Source: Pirellula staleyi DSM 6068
GTDB taxonomy: Bacteria; Planctomycetota; Planctomycetia; Pirellulales; Pirellulaceae
Length of the DNA: 32,000 nucleotides
Direction: 5' to 3'
Assembly: GCA_000025185.1 (NCBI GenBank)
Contig: CP001848.1
Span: 4,050,001-4,082,000 of the forward strand
The translations under genes were made by a program, and so were the position numbers. Positions 6,413 to 14,397 of this stretch are shown one piece after another; positions within the stretch are counted from its first letter, which is position 1, and every line of letters starts with the position of its first letter. A model generated the notes under the pieces. The model ran no database searches. It saw only the letters and a list, made by a program, of their open reading frames with translations, and was not told where the DNA came from.

Positions 6413-9400
6413 TGGAACCGTCACTGCTTCCGTACATCCTGCTGCTCGCGGTAGTCCTGCCGCTGGCGTCATTCTTCACCATCCTGCTATTTGCCAACCA
6501 ACTTGGCAAAATGGCGGCCTGGATCGCTACCGGTGCGATCGCGAGTGCGGCAATCTTGTCGTTCTTGGCGATGTTCGGCATCTGGCTACCGAACCACTGG
6601 CCCGCCAGCAGTTCGCACCATGGCCATGCCGAGCATGGTGAAGCCGATCACCATGACGAGCATCATGGCGAAGGTGAACATGGCGACGAACATCACGGCG
6701 AAAAGCCACACGGCGATGCCAAGCCTGCAGGCGAAAAACATGCTGCCACCGAGGGGCTTGTGGTTCGCCCAGCCGCTTACTTGGTCGAAGAAGCCAAGCC
6801 TGCTGAAGCCAAAGCCGACGCTCACAAGGCTGAAGAGCACAAAACCGAGCACGCCGCCGCAGGTCACACTCATAGCGAGCATGGCGACGAGGACCACAGT
6901 CATGACAATCACGCGCACGCCGAAGGTCCAATCACTTACTCAGGCGAATACTACCTGCTCGGTAAGTTTGGCAATCTGCGGATGTCGATCAGCTACTACA
7001 TCGACGCTCTGACGATCAGCATGTTCTGCATGGTTACGCTCATTGCCACCTGTATCCATTTCTACGCGATGGGATACATGCACGATGAACTCGCCCCCAT
7101 CACCGATAAAGAAGTCACCCTCAGCAATGGCAAGACGCTCCGTCGTCCTGGCCGCTTTCCACGATTCTTCCAAGCTCTGTCGCTCTTCTGCTTCAGCATG
7201 CTTGGGCTCGTGCTCTCCGGCAACATTGCGATGGTCTTCTGCTTCTGGGAACTGGTCGGCATCTGCTCGTGGTTCCTGATCGGGTTCTACATCGAACGCA
7301 ACAGTGCCTCGACAGCCGCGAACAAAGCATTCATCGCCAACCGCGTTGGCGACTTCGGCATGATCATCGGTCTGATGGCTCTCTGGGCCAGCCTTGGCAC
7401 CTTTGCCTTCGGTGACATCGATCTCGATGGAGACAAAACGGTCACCTCGATCGAACAAGGGATCTTCAGCAAGGTTCGTCCTGCGTCGACCGGACATACT
7501 CTCGAAGTTCCAGCCGCTATGGTCGAGTTTTCGGCCCGCGATAAAGTGGCTGCGATTGTTCTCGATCACGTCAAATCGGGCGGATCCGTGGAAGATAGCT
7601 CTTCCGAAGTAGCGGCTCAGGTTCCTCTGTGGCGAAGCGAAGGTTTTGGCTACGGCCTGCTAGTCGTCGCTGGACTCGGTATCTTCTGCGGTTGTGTGGG
7701 TAAATCGGCCCAGTTCCCGCTGCATGTCTGGCTCCCCGACGCGATGGAAGGTCCCACCCCGGTTTCAGCCCTCGTGCACTCGGCGACGATGGTGGCTGCT
7801 GGCGTCTATTTGGTCGGCCGCTTCTATCCCGTCTTTCCACCAGAAACCCTCCTGGTGATCGCTTCGGTTGGTTGCATCACGCTCTTCATTGGAGCCACGA
7901 TTGCCATCACCGCCACCGATATTAAGCGGGTCCTTGCGTACTCGACGATCAGCCAACTGGGCTACATGATGCTCGCGCTCGGTGTTGGTGGTTGGGCTGC
8001 TGGCCTGGCTCACTTGGTCACCCACGCGTTCTTCAAGAGCCTCCTCTTCATGTGCTCAGGTTCGGTGATTCACGCCGTTCACACCAACGACATGCGTCGC
8101 ATGGGTGGCCTGATTAAGAAAATGCCGATCACCGCCCTGACGATGCTCATCGGCTGCCTCGCCATCGCTGGCTGCGGCGTCCCCTTCATCATCGGCTTCA
8201 GCGGCTACTATTCGAAGGATGCGATCCTCGAGCAGGCCTATTCGCTGGCGACAGTCAACGGAACCGCCTCTTCGAGCATCTTCTTCCTAGCTGCCACTGG
8301 CGGTGCCGCAATCACAGCGTTCTACATGTTCCGCATGTGGTTCCTGACTTTTGTCGGCAAGCCTCGCGATCAAGAAGCGTACGATCACGCCCATGAATCT
8401 CCCCCTGTGATGTTCATGCCGCTGGTGATCCTCTCGGTCTTCGCGATCAGCATCGCGTGGAACATCAACCTCATCGGCTTCGGACTCGTCGCTGCCGCCT
8501 TCTTCATCGTGAAGGGTGTGCAAGATGGCTGGTTCAAATCGCTCTCGGCACAACTGGCTGCTGCGGGGCACGACGATCATGCCCATGGCGATCATGGAAA
8601 CGATTCGCATGCTGATCATGGTCACGACAATCACGGTCATGGCGAACATGGCCACGATGAGCACTCGCATGATGACCACGGTCATGCAGCGAGCCACGCT
8701 CATCACGATGATCACGGCCATCAGGAACATGGGCATGGTGATCACGGTCATGATGCACACGACGATCACGGCCATGATCATGCCCACGCTGGCCATCATG
8801 GCGGCGGAGAGTGGCAAGGTCTTTCGTGGGCCTGGGTCGGTACGATGCTCGCTTGCTCGGTGATCGGCGGTCTCCTGATCCAGCCGCTAGTTCCCAGCAC
8901 AAAGCTCGACACGCTCAACCTCACCGACCTGCTCGAACAAGCTCGCCCAGCAGGTACCTTGTCGGCGATGAAGGGACAGTGGATCGGCTGGACTTGGCCC
9001 AACGAACACGACAGCCACGTCGCTGCCATTAAGGTTCCTGTCACGTTGATGGCTACCGGCACCTGGATTGGCGGCATCCTGCTCGCCTCGATGATCTACT
9101 GGTTTGGTTACCTCAAGGCTGAAGATGCTCGCCGTCAGTTTGCTTACCTCTATTCACTCCTGGTGAACAAGTGGTACTTCGACGAGCTCTACGCTTTCAT
9201 TTTTGTTAAACCGACGCTGGTGTTGTCGAAGGTATTCTCGGGACTCGACAAAAACTACATCGATAAATTCCTCGACGGCGTCGCCACGACGACTGTCGGG
9301 TTCTCGAAGCGTTTTGAATTTGTAGCCGATCGCACCATCGTCGACGGCCTGGTGAATGTGCTGGCGGGGTGGTGCTATGCCACAGGTCTCTCGCTCAAGA

Positions 9401-9519
9401 GCGTGCAGACTGGAAAGCTCCGTCAGTACGTGATGTTCATCGTGGTCGGAGCGGTGGCTGTGTTCGTCGTGATCAGCTTTTTCTGGAGCCCCAGCATCGC
9501 GGGTGTGACCGGAAAGTAG
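6412..9519 (+). CDS. nuoL: NADH-quinone oxidoreductase subunit L (1035 aa) with two His-rich insertions
   Basis: Antiporter-like core 'HVWLPDAMEGPTPVSALVHSATMVAAGVYL', 'AYSTISQLGYMMLALG' and 'HLVTHAFFKSLLFMCSG'. The C-terminal lateral-helix region 'NKWYFDELYAFIFVKP...IVDGLVNVLA...LQTGKLRQYV' plus a final TM is typical of NuoL. Confidence 0.9.
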   Translation: MEPSLLPYILLLAVVLPLASFFTILLFANQLGKMAAWIATGAIASAAILSFLAMFGIWLPNHWPASSSHHGHAEHGEADHHDEHHGEGEHGDEHHGEKPHGDAKPAGEKHAATEGLVVRPAAYLVEEAKPAEAKADAHKAEEHKTEHAAAGHTHSEHGDEDHSHDNHAHAEGPITYSGEYYLLGKFGNLRMSISYYIDALTISMFCMVTLIATCIHFYAMGYMHDELAPITDKEVTLSNGKTLRRPGRFPRFFQALSLFCFSMLGLVLSGNIAMVFCFWELVGICSWFLIGFYIERNSASTAANKAFIANRVGDFGMIIGLMALWASLGTFAFGDIDLDGDKTVTSIEQGIFSKVRPASTGHTLEVPAAMVEFSARDKVAAIVLDHVKSGGSVEDSSSEVAAQVPLWRSEGFGYGLLVVAGLGIFCGCVGKSAQFPLHVWLPDAMEGPTPVSALVHSATMVAAGVYLVGRFYPVFPPETLLVIASVGCITLFIGATIAITATDIKRVLAYSTISQLGYMMLALGVGGWAAGLAHLVTHAFFKSLLFMCSGSVIHAVHTNDMRRMGGLIKKMPITALTMLIGCLAIAGCGVPFIIGFSGYYSKDAILEQAYSLATVNGTASSSIFFLAATGGAAITAFYMFRMWFLTFVGKPRDQEAYDHAHESPPVMFMPLVILSVFAISIAWNINLIGFGLVAAAFFIVKGVQDGWFKSLSAQLAAAGHDDHAHGDHGNDSHADHGHDNHGHGEHGHDEHSHDDHGHAASHAHHDDHGHQEHGHGDHGHDAHDDHGHDHAHAGHHGGGEWQGLSWAWVGTMLACSVIGGLLIQPLVPSTKLDTLNLTDLLEQARPAGTLSAMKGQWIGWTWPNEHDSHVAAIKVPVTLMATGTWIGGILLASMIYWFGYLKAEDARRQFAYLYSLLVNKWYFDELYAFIFVKPTLVLSKVFSGLDKNYIDKFLDGVATTTVGFSKRFEFVADRTIVDGLVNVLAGWCYATGLSLKSVQTGKLRQYVMFIVVGAVAVFVVISFFWSPSIAGVTGK
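6616..6918 (+). repeat. Low-complexity His/Glu/Asp/Gly coding region (NuoL insertion 1)
   Basis: aa 69-100 'HHGHAEHGEADHHDEHHGEGEHGDEHHGEKPH' has 12 His in 32 residues. aa 137-169 'HKAEEHKTEHAAAGHTHSEHGDEDHSHDNHAHA' has 10 His in 33. The DNA shows iterated CAY-GGN / GAR-CAY units. Confidence 0.7.
8569..8799 (+). repeat. Cryptic short-period coding repeat (GAY-CAY-GGN-CAY) encoding a 77-aa block with 31 His (NuoL insertion 2)
   Basis: Translation is 'HDDHAHGDHGNDSHADHGHDNHGHGEHGHDEHSHDDHGHAASHAHHDDHGHQEHGHGDHGHDAHDDHGHDHAHAGHH'. Repeated gatcacggtcat / gatcatggc strings are visible in the DNA. Confidence 0.75.
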
Positions 9520-9647
9520 TGATCGCAAACGATTCGCTGGTCGGAGGACGAGCGGATCGAGATTGAGTCGTACAACCAGATTGAGAACGGGTGTCGCACG
9601 GTGAACCATCGGCGACACGTTAGTCTATCGACGGGAACTTGGTCATC

Positions 9648-11759
9648 ATGTCCGATCCTTCAGTGCTGCTGCTCACCGCAATCGTGTTTCTGCCGGCTCT
9701 TTCGGCGATCCTGATTGCTTTGCTCCCCAGCAACAAGCCCGACCTCATCCGTTTCGTCACGCTCGGTGTCACCATTGCGGTGCTCATCCTGACCGTGCTC
9801 GGATTGATGGATCCGCTGGGGTGGCAGGCTTCGACAAAGTTCGATGTTGCTCAGGCCGAGATGCAAAGCGCGTTTAACGTCGCCTGGATCCCATCGTTCG
9901 ACATCGAGTATTTCATGGGTATGGACGGCATCAGCTTTCCGCTGGTGATGCTCACTGCCTTTGTCAGCGTGCTGGCGATGGGAGCTAGTTGGTCGATCAC
10001 CAAGGCCGTGAAGGGCTACTGCATTCTCTTCCTGCTGCTCGAAACCGGCATGCTCGGCGTGTTCCTCGCGCTCGACTTTTTCCTGTTCTACGTGTTCTGG
10101 GAAGTGATGCTCCTCCCGATGTACTTTCTCATCGGCGTCTGGGGTGGTCCTCGCAAGGAATACGCAGCTATCAAGTTTTTCCTCTACACTTTGGCTGGTA
10201 GCGTGCTGATGCTCGTCGCCATCCTGATGCTTTACTTCAGCAGCGATCTCCGGGTTCTGTCGGATGAATATCTGGCCGGTTCGCCCGCCGATCGTCCGAT
10301 CCGCTGGTCCGAAATGAAACTGGGTGATTCGGTCAATGCAAAACTCGGTGCTGCTCCCTACGTCGCTTCCGACAGCACAACTCCTTCGCTGCTGGTGTTC
10401 CGTCGTGGTGCCGAAAGCACCTTGCCACTCACGGTGAAGTTTGCCGCTGGTCCTTCAGCCGCTGCTTACGACCAAGCCAACTCAACGGTCACCATCACGG
10501 TCCCCGCTGAGACCAGCACCGCCAAAGCTGCTGCCGAAGCAGTCGCCGCCGCTGGCGACTCGCTAAAGGAAGTGATCGCGGTCCGTCCCACGGCTGACGA
10601 TGCCCCGATCGCGGCTGGTGATTCGCTTGAAATCGCCCCTTATAACCCAGCGACTCCGGTCCACTCGTTCAATTTGCTCGCCCTCGCCGCCATGGGGCAG
10701 CACACCACGCTGTTCGACGGCGAGATCCTCGGTCAGTCGTTGCAATGGTGGGCGTTCATCCTGCTGTTCATCGGCTTCATCATCAAAGTCCCCTCGGTAC
10801 CGTTTCACACGTGGCTTCCTGATGCTCACGTGGAAGCTCCCACACCGATCTCGATGATCCTGGCTGGCGTGCTGCTGAAGATGGGTGGCTACGGCATCAT
10901 TCGCATCTGCTACCCCATCTGTCCCGCTGGTGGCTACGAGCTCATGTATCTCGTCTGCACGCTCGGCGTCGTCAGCATGGTGTACGGCGCGTTCGCGGCC
11001 CTGGCCCAAAAAGACTTCAAGCGAATGGTGGCCTATTCGTCGGTCAGCCACATGGGCTACGTCACGCTTGGTCTGGGTGTTTGGTCGGCAACGGCTGGCA
11101 ACTACTACAACGCCGACTACTGGAACATGGGTGTTCAAGGGGCGATGTTCCAGATGATTGGCCACGGCGTCAGCTCGGCCGGTATGTTCTTTATGGTCGG
11201 TATCATCTACGACCGCGTGCATCACCGTAACCTCGAAGAATTCGGTGGCCTGTTCGGCAAAATGCCGGTCTACACCGCGATGGCAATGGGGCTCTTCTTT
11301 GCTGCACTCGGTCTTCCCGGTCTCTGCGGATTCCCCGGCGAAGTGTTCGTCGTGTTGTCGGTGTGGAAGTTCAGCATGGTGCTGGCTGTGTTCTCGGCTA
11401 GTGTGGTGATCCTGACAGCCGCCTACATCCTGTGGGCGATGCAGCGGGTTTATCTTGGTGCCGAATACAAGGGTCCGCATGGCGACCACCTGCATCCCAC
11501 AAACCTTCGCGAAAACATGATCGGCTTCACGCTGCTAGTGTTCGCGATCATCTTCGGTGTGTTTCCTTACACCGTGCTGCAGTACATGGAAAAGACGATC
11601 ACGCGTCAGGTGAATGATTTGGCCGCCTGGACCCGCGATGTGAAAGAAAAAGATCTCGTTCCACCAGCTACGACCGAGGAACCAGCAGCCACTTCGCAAG
11701 TCATCCCCACTCCAGCTGGAGTCGAGGAAAAGGCTTCGGCCGAAGTTGCTGGTGGCTAG
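9648..11759 (+). CDS. nuoM: NADH-quinone oxidoreductase subunit M with a ~135-aa loop insertion
   Basis: The ORF opens at TTG 9639; ATG 9648 (MSDPSVLLL...) is preferred. Motifs 'FHTWLPDAHVEAPTPISMILAGVLLKMGGYG', 'AYSSVSHMGYVTLG' and 'MFQMIGHGVSSAGMFF' are diagnostic for NuoM/ND4. Confidence 0.9.
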   Translation: MSDPSVLLLTAIVFLPALSAILIALLPSNKPDLIRFVTLGVTIAVLILTVLGLMDPLGWQASTKFDVAQAEMQSAFNVAWIPSFDIEYFMGMDGISFPLVMLTAFVSVLAMGASWSITKAVKGYCILFLLLETGMLGVFLALDFFLFYVFWEVMLLPMYFLIGVWGGPRKEYAAIKFFLYTLAGSVLMLVAILMLYFSSDLRVLSDEYLAGSPADRPIRWSEMKLGDSVNAKLGAAPYVASDSTTPSLLVFRRGAESTLPLTVKFAAGPSAAAYDQANSTVTITVPAETSTAKAAAEAVAAAGDSLKEVIAVRPTADDAPIAAGDSLEIAPYNPATPVHSFNLLALAAMGQHTTLFDGEILGQSLQWWAFILLFIGFIIKVPSVPFHTWLPDAHVEAPTPISMILAGVLLKMGGYGIIRICYPICPAGGYELMYLVCTLGVVSMVYGAFAALAQKDFKRMVAYSSVSHMGYVTLGLGVWSATAGNYYNADYWNMGVQGAMFQMIGHGVSSAGMFFMVGIIYDRVHHRNLEEFGGLFGKMPVYTAMAMGLFFAALGLPGLCGFPGEVFVVLSVWKFSMVLAVFSASVVILTAAYILWAMQRVYLGAEYKGPHGDHLHPTNLRENMIGFTLLVFAIIFGVFPYTVLQYMEKTITRQVNDLAAWTRDVKEKDLVPPATTEEPAATSQVIPTPAGVEEKASAEVAGG

Positions 11760-11867
11760 TTTGGGCAGCCTAGTTTTTGCGAGTGGATCCTCAGCGACTC
11801 ACTCTTCCTCAAACTGCCCCGAGCATCGAGAACAAGCGTAGCCAGAAATAGTCAGAAAGAGTTTGCC

Positions 11868-13826
11868 GTGAACCTAAACGACCTTATTAGCCAGTTGGTG
11901 ATCGACACCAAGGGCTCGCCCGAAGCGAGCTTCTTCTCGATCGCTGCTGACTCCAGCTTGAGGCCGTTCTTTCCCGAGCTGATCCTCTGCCTCACCGTGC
12001 TGCTGATGCTTTTGGTGCGGCTGTTCAAGGTGGGGCGTTCGGTCAATGCCTCGTGGATCGCCATCGCTGGCTCCGCTGCTGCGCTCTATTTTTGTGCTCC
12101 TTGGGAACACCTCGGCGCGGCACTTTCGGTGGAAGCAGCGGCTGATCCTGCCGCGATCACCCGGATGGAACTCTTCACCGGCATGCTCGTGGTCGACACC
12201 TTCTCGGTTTACGTCCGCAGCTTGCTCCTGCTCTTCTCGGTCCTGTTTGTGATCTTCACGATGCTCTCGGGCATTCCGGATCACGAAGATGGCCCCGACG
12301 TTTACGCCCTGATCCTCGGTAGCACGATTGGTATGTGCCTGATGGCATCGGCCAATCACTTGCTCACGGTCTTTATGGCCGTCGAAATGGCGTCGGTCCC
12401 TTCCTACGTCTTGGCAGGGCTGATGAAGGGGCGCAAGACCGCCAGCGAAGCAGCTTTGAAATACTCCGTCTATGGTGCCGGCGCCGCAGGCGTGATGCTC
12501 TACGGCATCAGCCTCCTGGCGGGGCTGTTGCACACCGCTCATCTCCCCACGATGGCCACGCAGCTGGCTGCCAAACTTCCTACCATGACCGGTTCGGAAG
12601 TGGTGGTGCTCGCTCTCGCAGGCTTGATGGTGGGAGTTGGTTTGGCTTTCAAATTGTCGGCAGTTCCGTTCCACTTCTGGGCTCCCGACGTGTTCGATGG
12701 TGCGACGGCTGAAGTTAACGCCTTCCTCAGCATTGCCTCAAAGGCAGCTGCTCTCGCGCTTCTGGTTCGCGTTACACTCGGCATTGGCATGGAAGCTCCT
12801 GAATCGGTTCGCCCTGGCGAGCGGACAGCGGCTCTAGCTGCTGCTCCTGCCGAGGATGCCGTCGCGAAGGTTGCGCTTTTCCGCGTCGAAGACGAAGCCC
12901 CTTCGGCCGAAACCAAGCCAGCTGCGGTAGAAGCCGAGCCAGCTCCTCCTGCTGTGGAAACTAAGTCAGCAGAAGAGAAGCCAGAAGCTGCTCCTGCTGC
13001 CGCTGAAGCATCAGCAACTGAAGCACCAGCCGCCGAAACTGCTCCGGAAACATCGTCAGCCGAAATTCCTCACGAAGCGCCAGCAGCACCTGCTGTAAGC
13101 CCGCTTGTGGGTGTGCGAAGCTTTGCCGCCAAGTTGATCGCACTCTTTGCTGTTCTCAGTTGCACGTTTGGTAACTTGGCAGCCTACGGTCAAACGAGCA
13201 TCAAGCGACTGCTGGCCTACTCCACGATTGCCCACGCCGGCTACATGATGATGCCTGTCGCAGCGATGTTGATGATGGCCGACATCAATAATCCCGGTGC
13301 CGAACGAGCCGCTGCATCGCTCGCCGTGTACATGGCCGTTTATATGTTCATGAATCTCGGTGCCTTCGCTGTGATCGCCACGCTCCGCAACGCGATGCGA
13401 AGCGAACAGATCGCCGACTACGCTGGCCTCATTCGCCGCTGCCCTCTCACCGTGATTTGCTTCTCGCTGATCCTGTTCAGCTTGATCGGTTTGCCTCCGC
13501 TGTCGGGCTTCATCGGTAAGTTTGCGATTTTCGCCTCGCTGGCCGAAGGATATCAGTCGGCAGGTCCTGTCGATGGATTCTTCCTCCTCGTGCTGCTGCT
13601 AGTCGGCGGTTTGAACACGGCGATCAGCCTGTTCTATTACCTCCGCCTCGTGAAAATCATGACGATCGACGAAGAGCCGAAAGATCGTCGTCCATTCACC
13701 TTCTCCGACGTGTCGATCTCGGGTGCCTACCTTTGGCTCCTGACGCTTCCCACCGTCGGGCTGATCATTAACTGGAACGGTCTCAACGAGATGGCGTTGG
13801 CTGCTGCCCGCTACTTGTTCAACTAA
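11868..13826 (+). CDS. nuoN: NADH-quinone oxidoreductase subunit N with a ~110-aa Ala/Glu/Pro-rich insertion
   Basis: GTG start. 'FMAVEMASVPSYVLAG', 'PFHFWAPDVFDGATAEVNAFLSIASKAAA' and 'LLAYSTIAHAGYMM' match NuoN/ND2. It is the last gene of the block. Confidence 0.9.
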   Translation: MNLNDLISQLVIDTKGSPEASFFSIAADSSLRPFFPELILCLTVLLMLLVRLFKVGRSVNASWIAIAGSAAALYFCAPWEHLGAALSVEAAADPAAITRMELFTGMLVVDTFSVYVRSLLLLFSVLFVIFTMLSGIPDHEDGPDVYALILGSTIGMCLMASANHLLTVFMAVEMASVPSYVLAGLMKGRKTASEAALKYSVYGAGAAGVMLYGISLLAGLLHTAHLPTMATQLAAKLPTMTGSEVVVLALAGLMVGVGLAFKLSAVPFHFWAPDVFDGATAEVNAFLSIASKAAALALLVRVTLGIGMEAPESVRPGERTAALAAAPAEDAVAKVALFRVEDEAPSAETKPAAVEAEPAPPAVETKSAEEKPEAAPAAAEASATEAPAAETAPETSSAEIPHEAPAAPAVSPLVGVRSFAAKLIALFAVLSCTFGNLAAYGQTSIKRLLAYSTIAHAGYMMMPVAAMLMMADINNPGAERAAASLAVYMAVYMFMNLGAFAVIATLRNAMRSEQIADYAGLIRRCPLTVICFSLILFSLIGLPPLSGFIGKFAIFASLAEGYQSAGPVDGFFLLVLLLVGGLNTAISLFYYLRLVKIMTIDEEPKDRRPFTFSDVSISGAYLWLLTLPTVGLIINWNGLNEMALAAARYLFN

Positions 13827-13915
13827 GCCCCAATTTTCGAGTCACCTTCGCTGGTGCAAGTGCGACGCGACTACGCCGCAAACTGCACGTCACCTGCAAA
13901 TTGAAGAACCCTGCG

Positions 13916-14353
13916 ATGACTACCAGCACGAACGATCTTCTGAACCGCCTGCAGATTCTGCTGGAGCGTTCGCTCCCGATGTATCTCAGCTACGCTCCTC
14001 CGCACACACTCAAGTCGCAATCGGGTGTGCTCAGCGTCCTTTCGCAAATGGTGGAAGATCAAAAGCGGGCTGTAGATCGCATCTCGCTGCTGATCGCCGA
14101 AAACGGTGGTGTAGTCGATCATGGCGAGTTTCCAATCACATTCACTTCTCTCCACGATTTGTCGGCGGAGTATCTTGTGAAGATGACGATCGAGCGTCAA
14201 AAGCGGACGATCACAGCGATCGAAAAAATCGCCGACCAGCTGACGTTTGCTCCCTTCGCACAGGGCCTGGCCCGCGAAGTGATTGGTGAAGCAAAAGGTC
14301 ATCTTGAGAATCTGGAAGAACTCGAACGCGATCTTGCTGCCACTCCTGCTTAG
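13916..14353 (+). CDS. Hypothetical protein, apparently all-helical, ~145 aa
   Basis: The ORF opens at TTG 13901, with the first ATG at 13916. It is on the same strand as nuoN, 90 nt downstream. The composition is heptad-like and helical (…LNRLQILLERSLPMYL…, …AKGHLENLEELERDL). I recognise no family. The antisense ORF 13871..14356 is treated as its shadow. Confidence 0.6.
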   Translation: MTTSTNDLLNRLQILLERSLPMYLSYAPPHTLKSQSGVLSVLSQMVEDQKRAVDRISLLIAENGGVVDHGEFPITFTSLHDLSAEYLVKMTIERQKRTITAIEKIADQLTFAPFAQGLAREVIGEAKGHLENLEELERDLAATPA

Positions 14354-14397
14354 CATGCCAGAGCAGCTTCGCTTGAGAAGCCCGCAGAACCAGTGCC

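Noticed and set aside
8287-8817. A 176-aa Met-rich minus-strand ORF (and 8516..8863 +, 8534..8902 -) overlapping the NuoL His-rich block. Similar ORFs lie at 6586..6918 - and 6527..6931 -.
   Set aside because: These are mirror artefacts. His codons CAT/CAC read as ATG/GTG on the complement, so the His repeat creates long stop-free, Met/Val-rich antisense frames. The sense frame is embedded in an unambiguous NuoL.
9591-9618. A 7-bp inverted repeat GTGTCGC...GCGACAC in the nuoL-nuoM spacer, plus small hairpins at 17387-17401 and 20842-20889.
   Set aside because: The stems are short, lack U-tracts and have no other context. They could be mRNA stability elements, but they are within what chance produces in GC-rich DNA.
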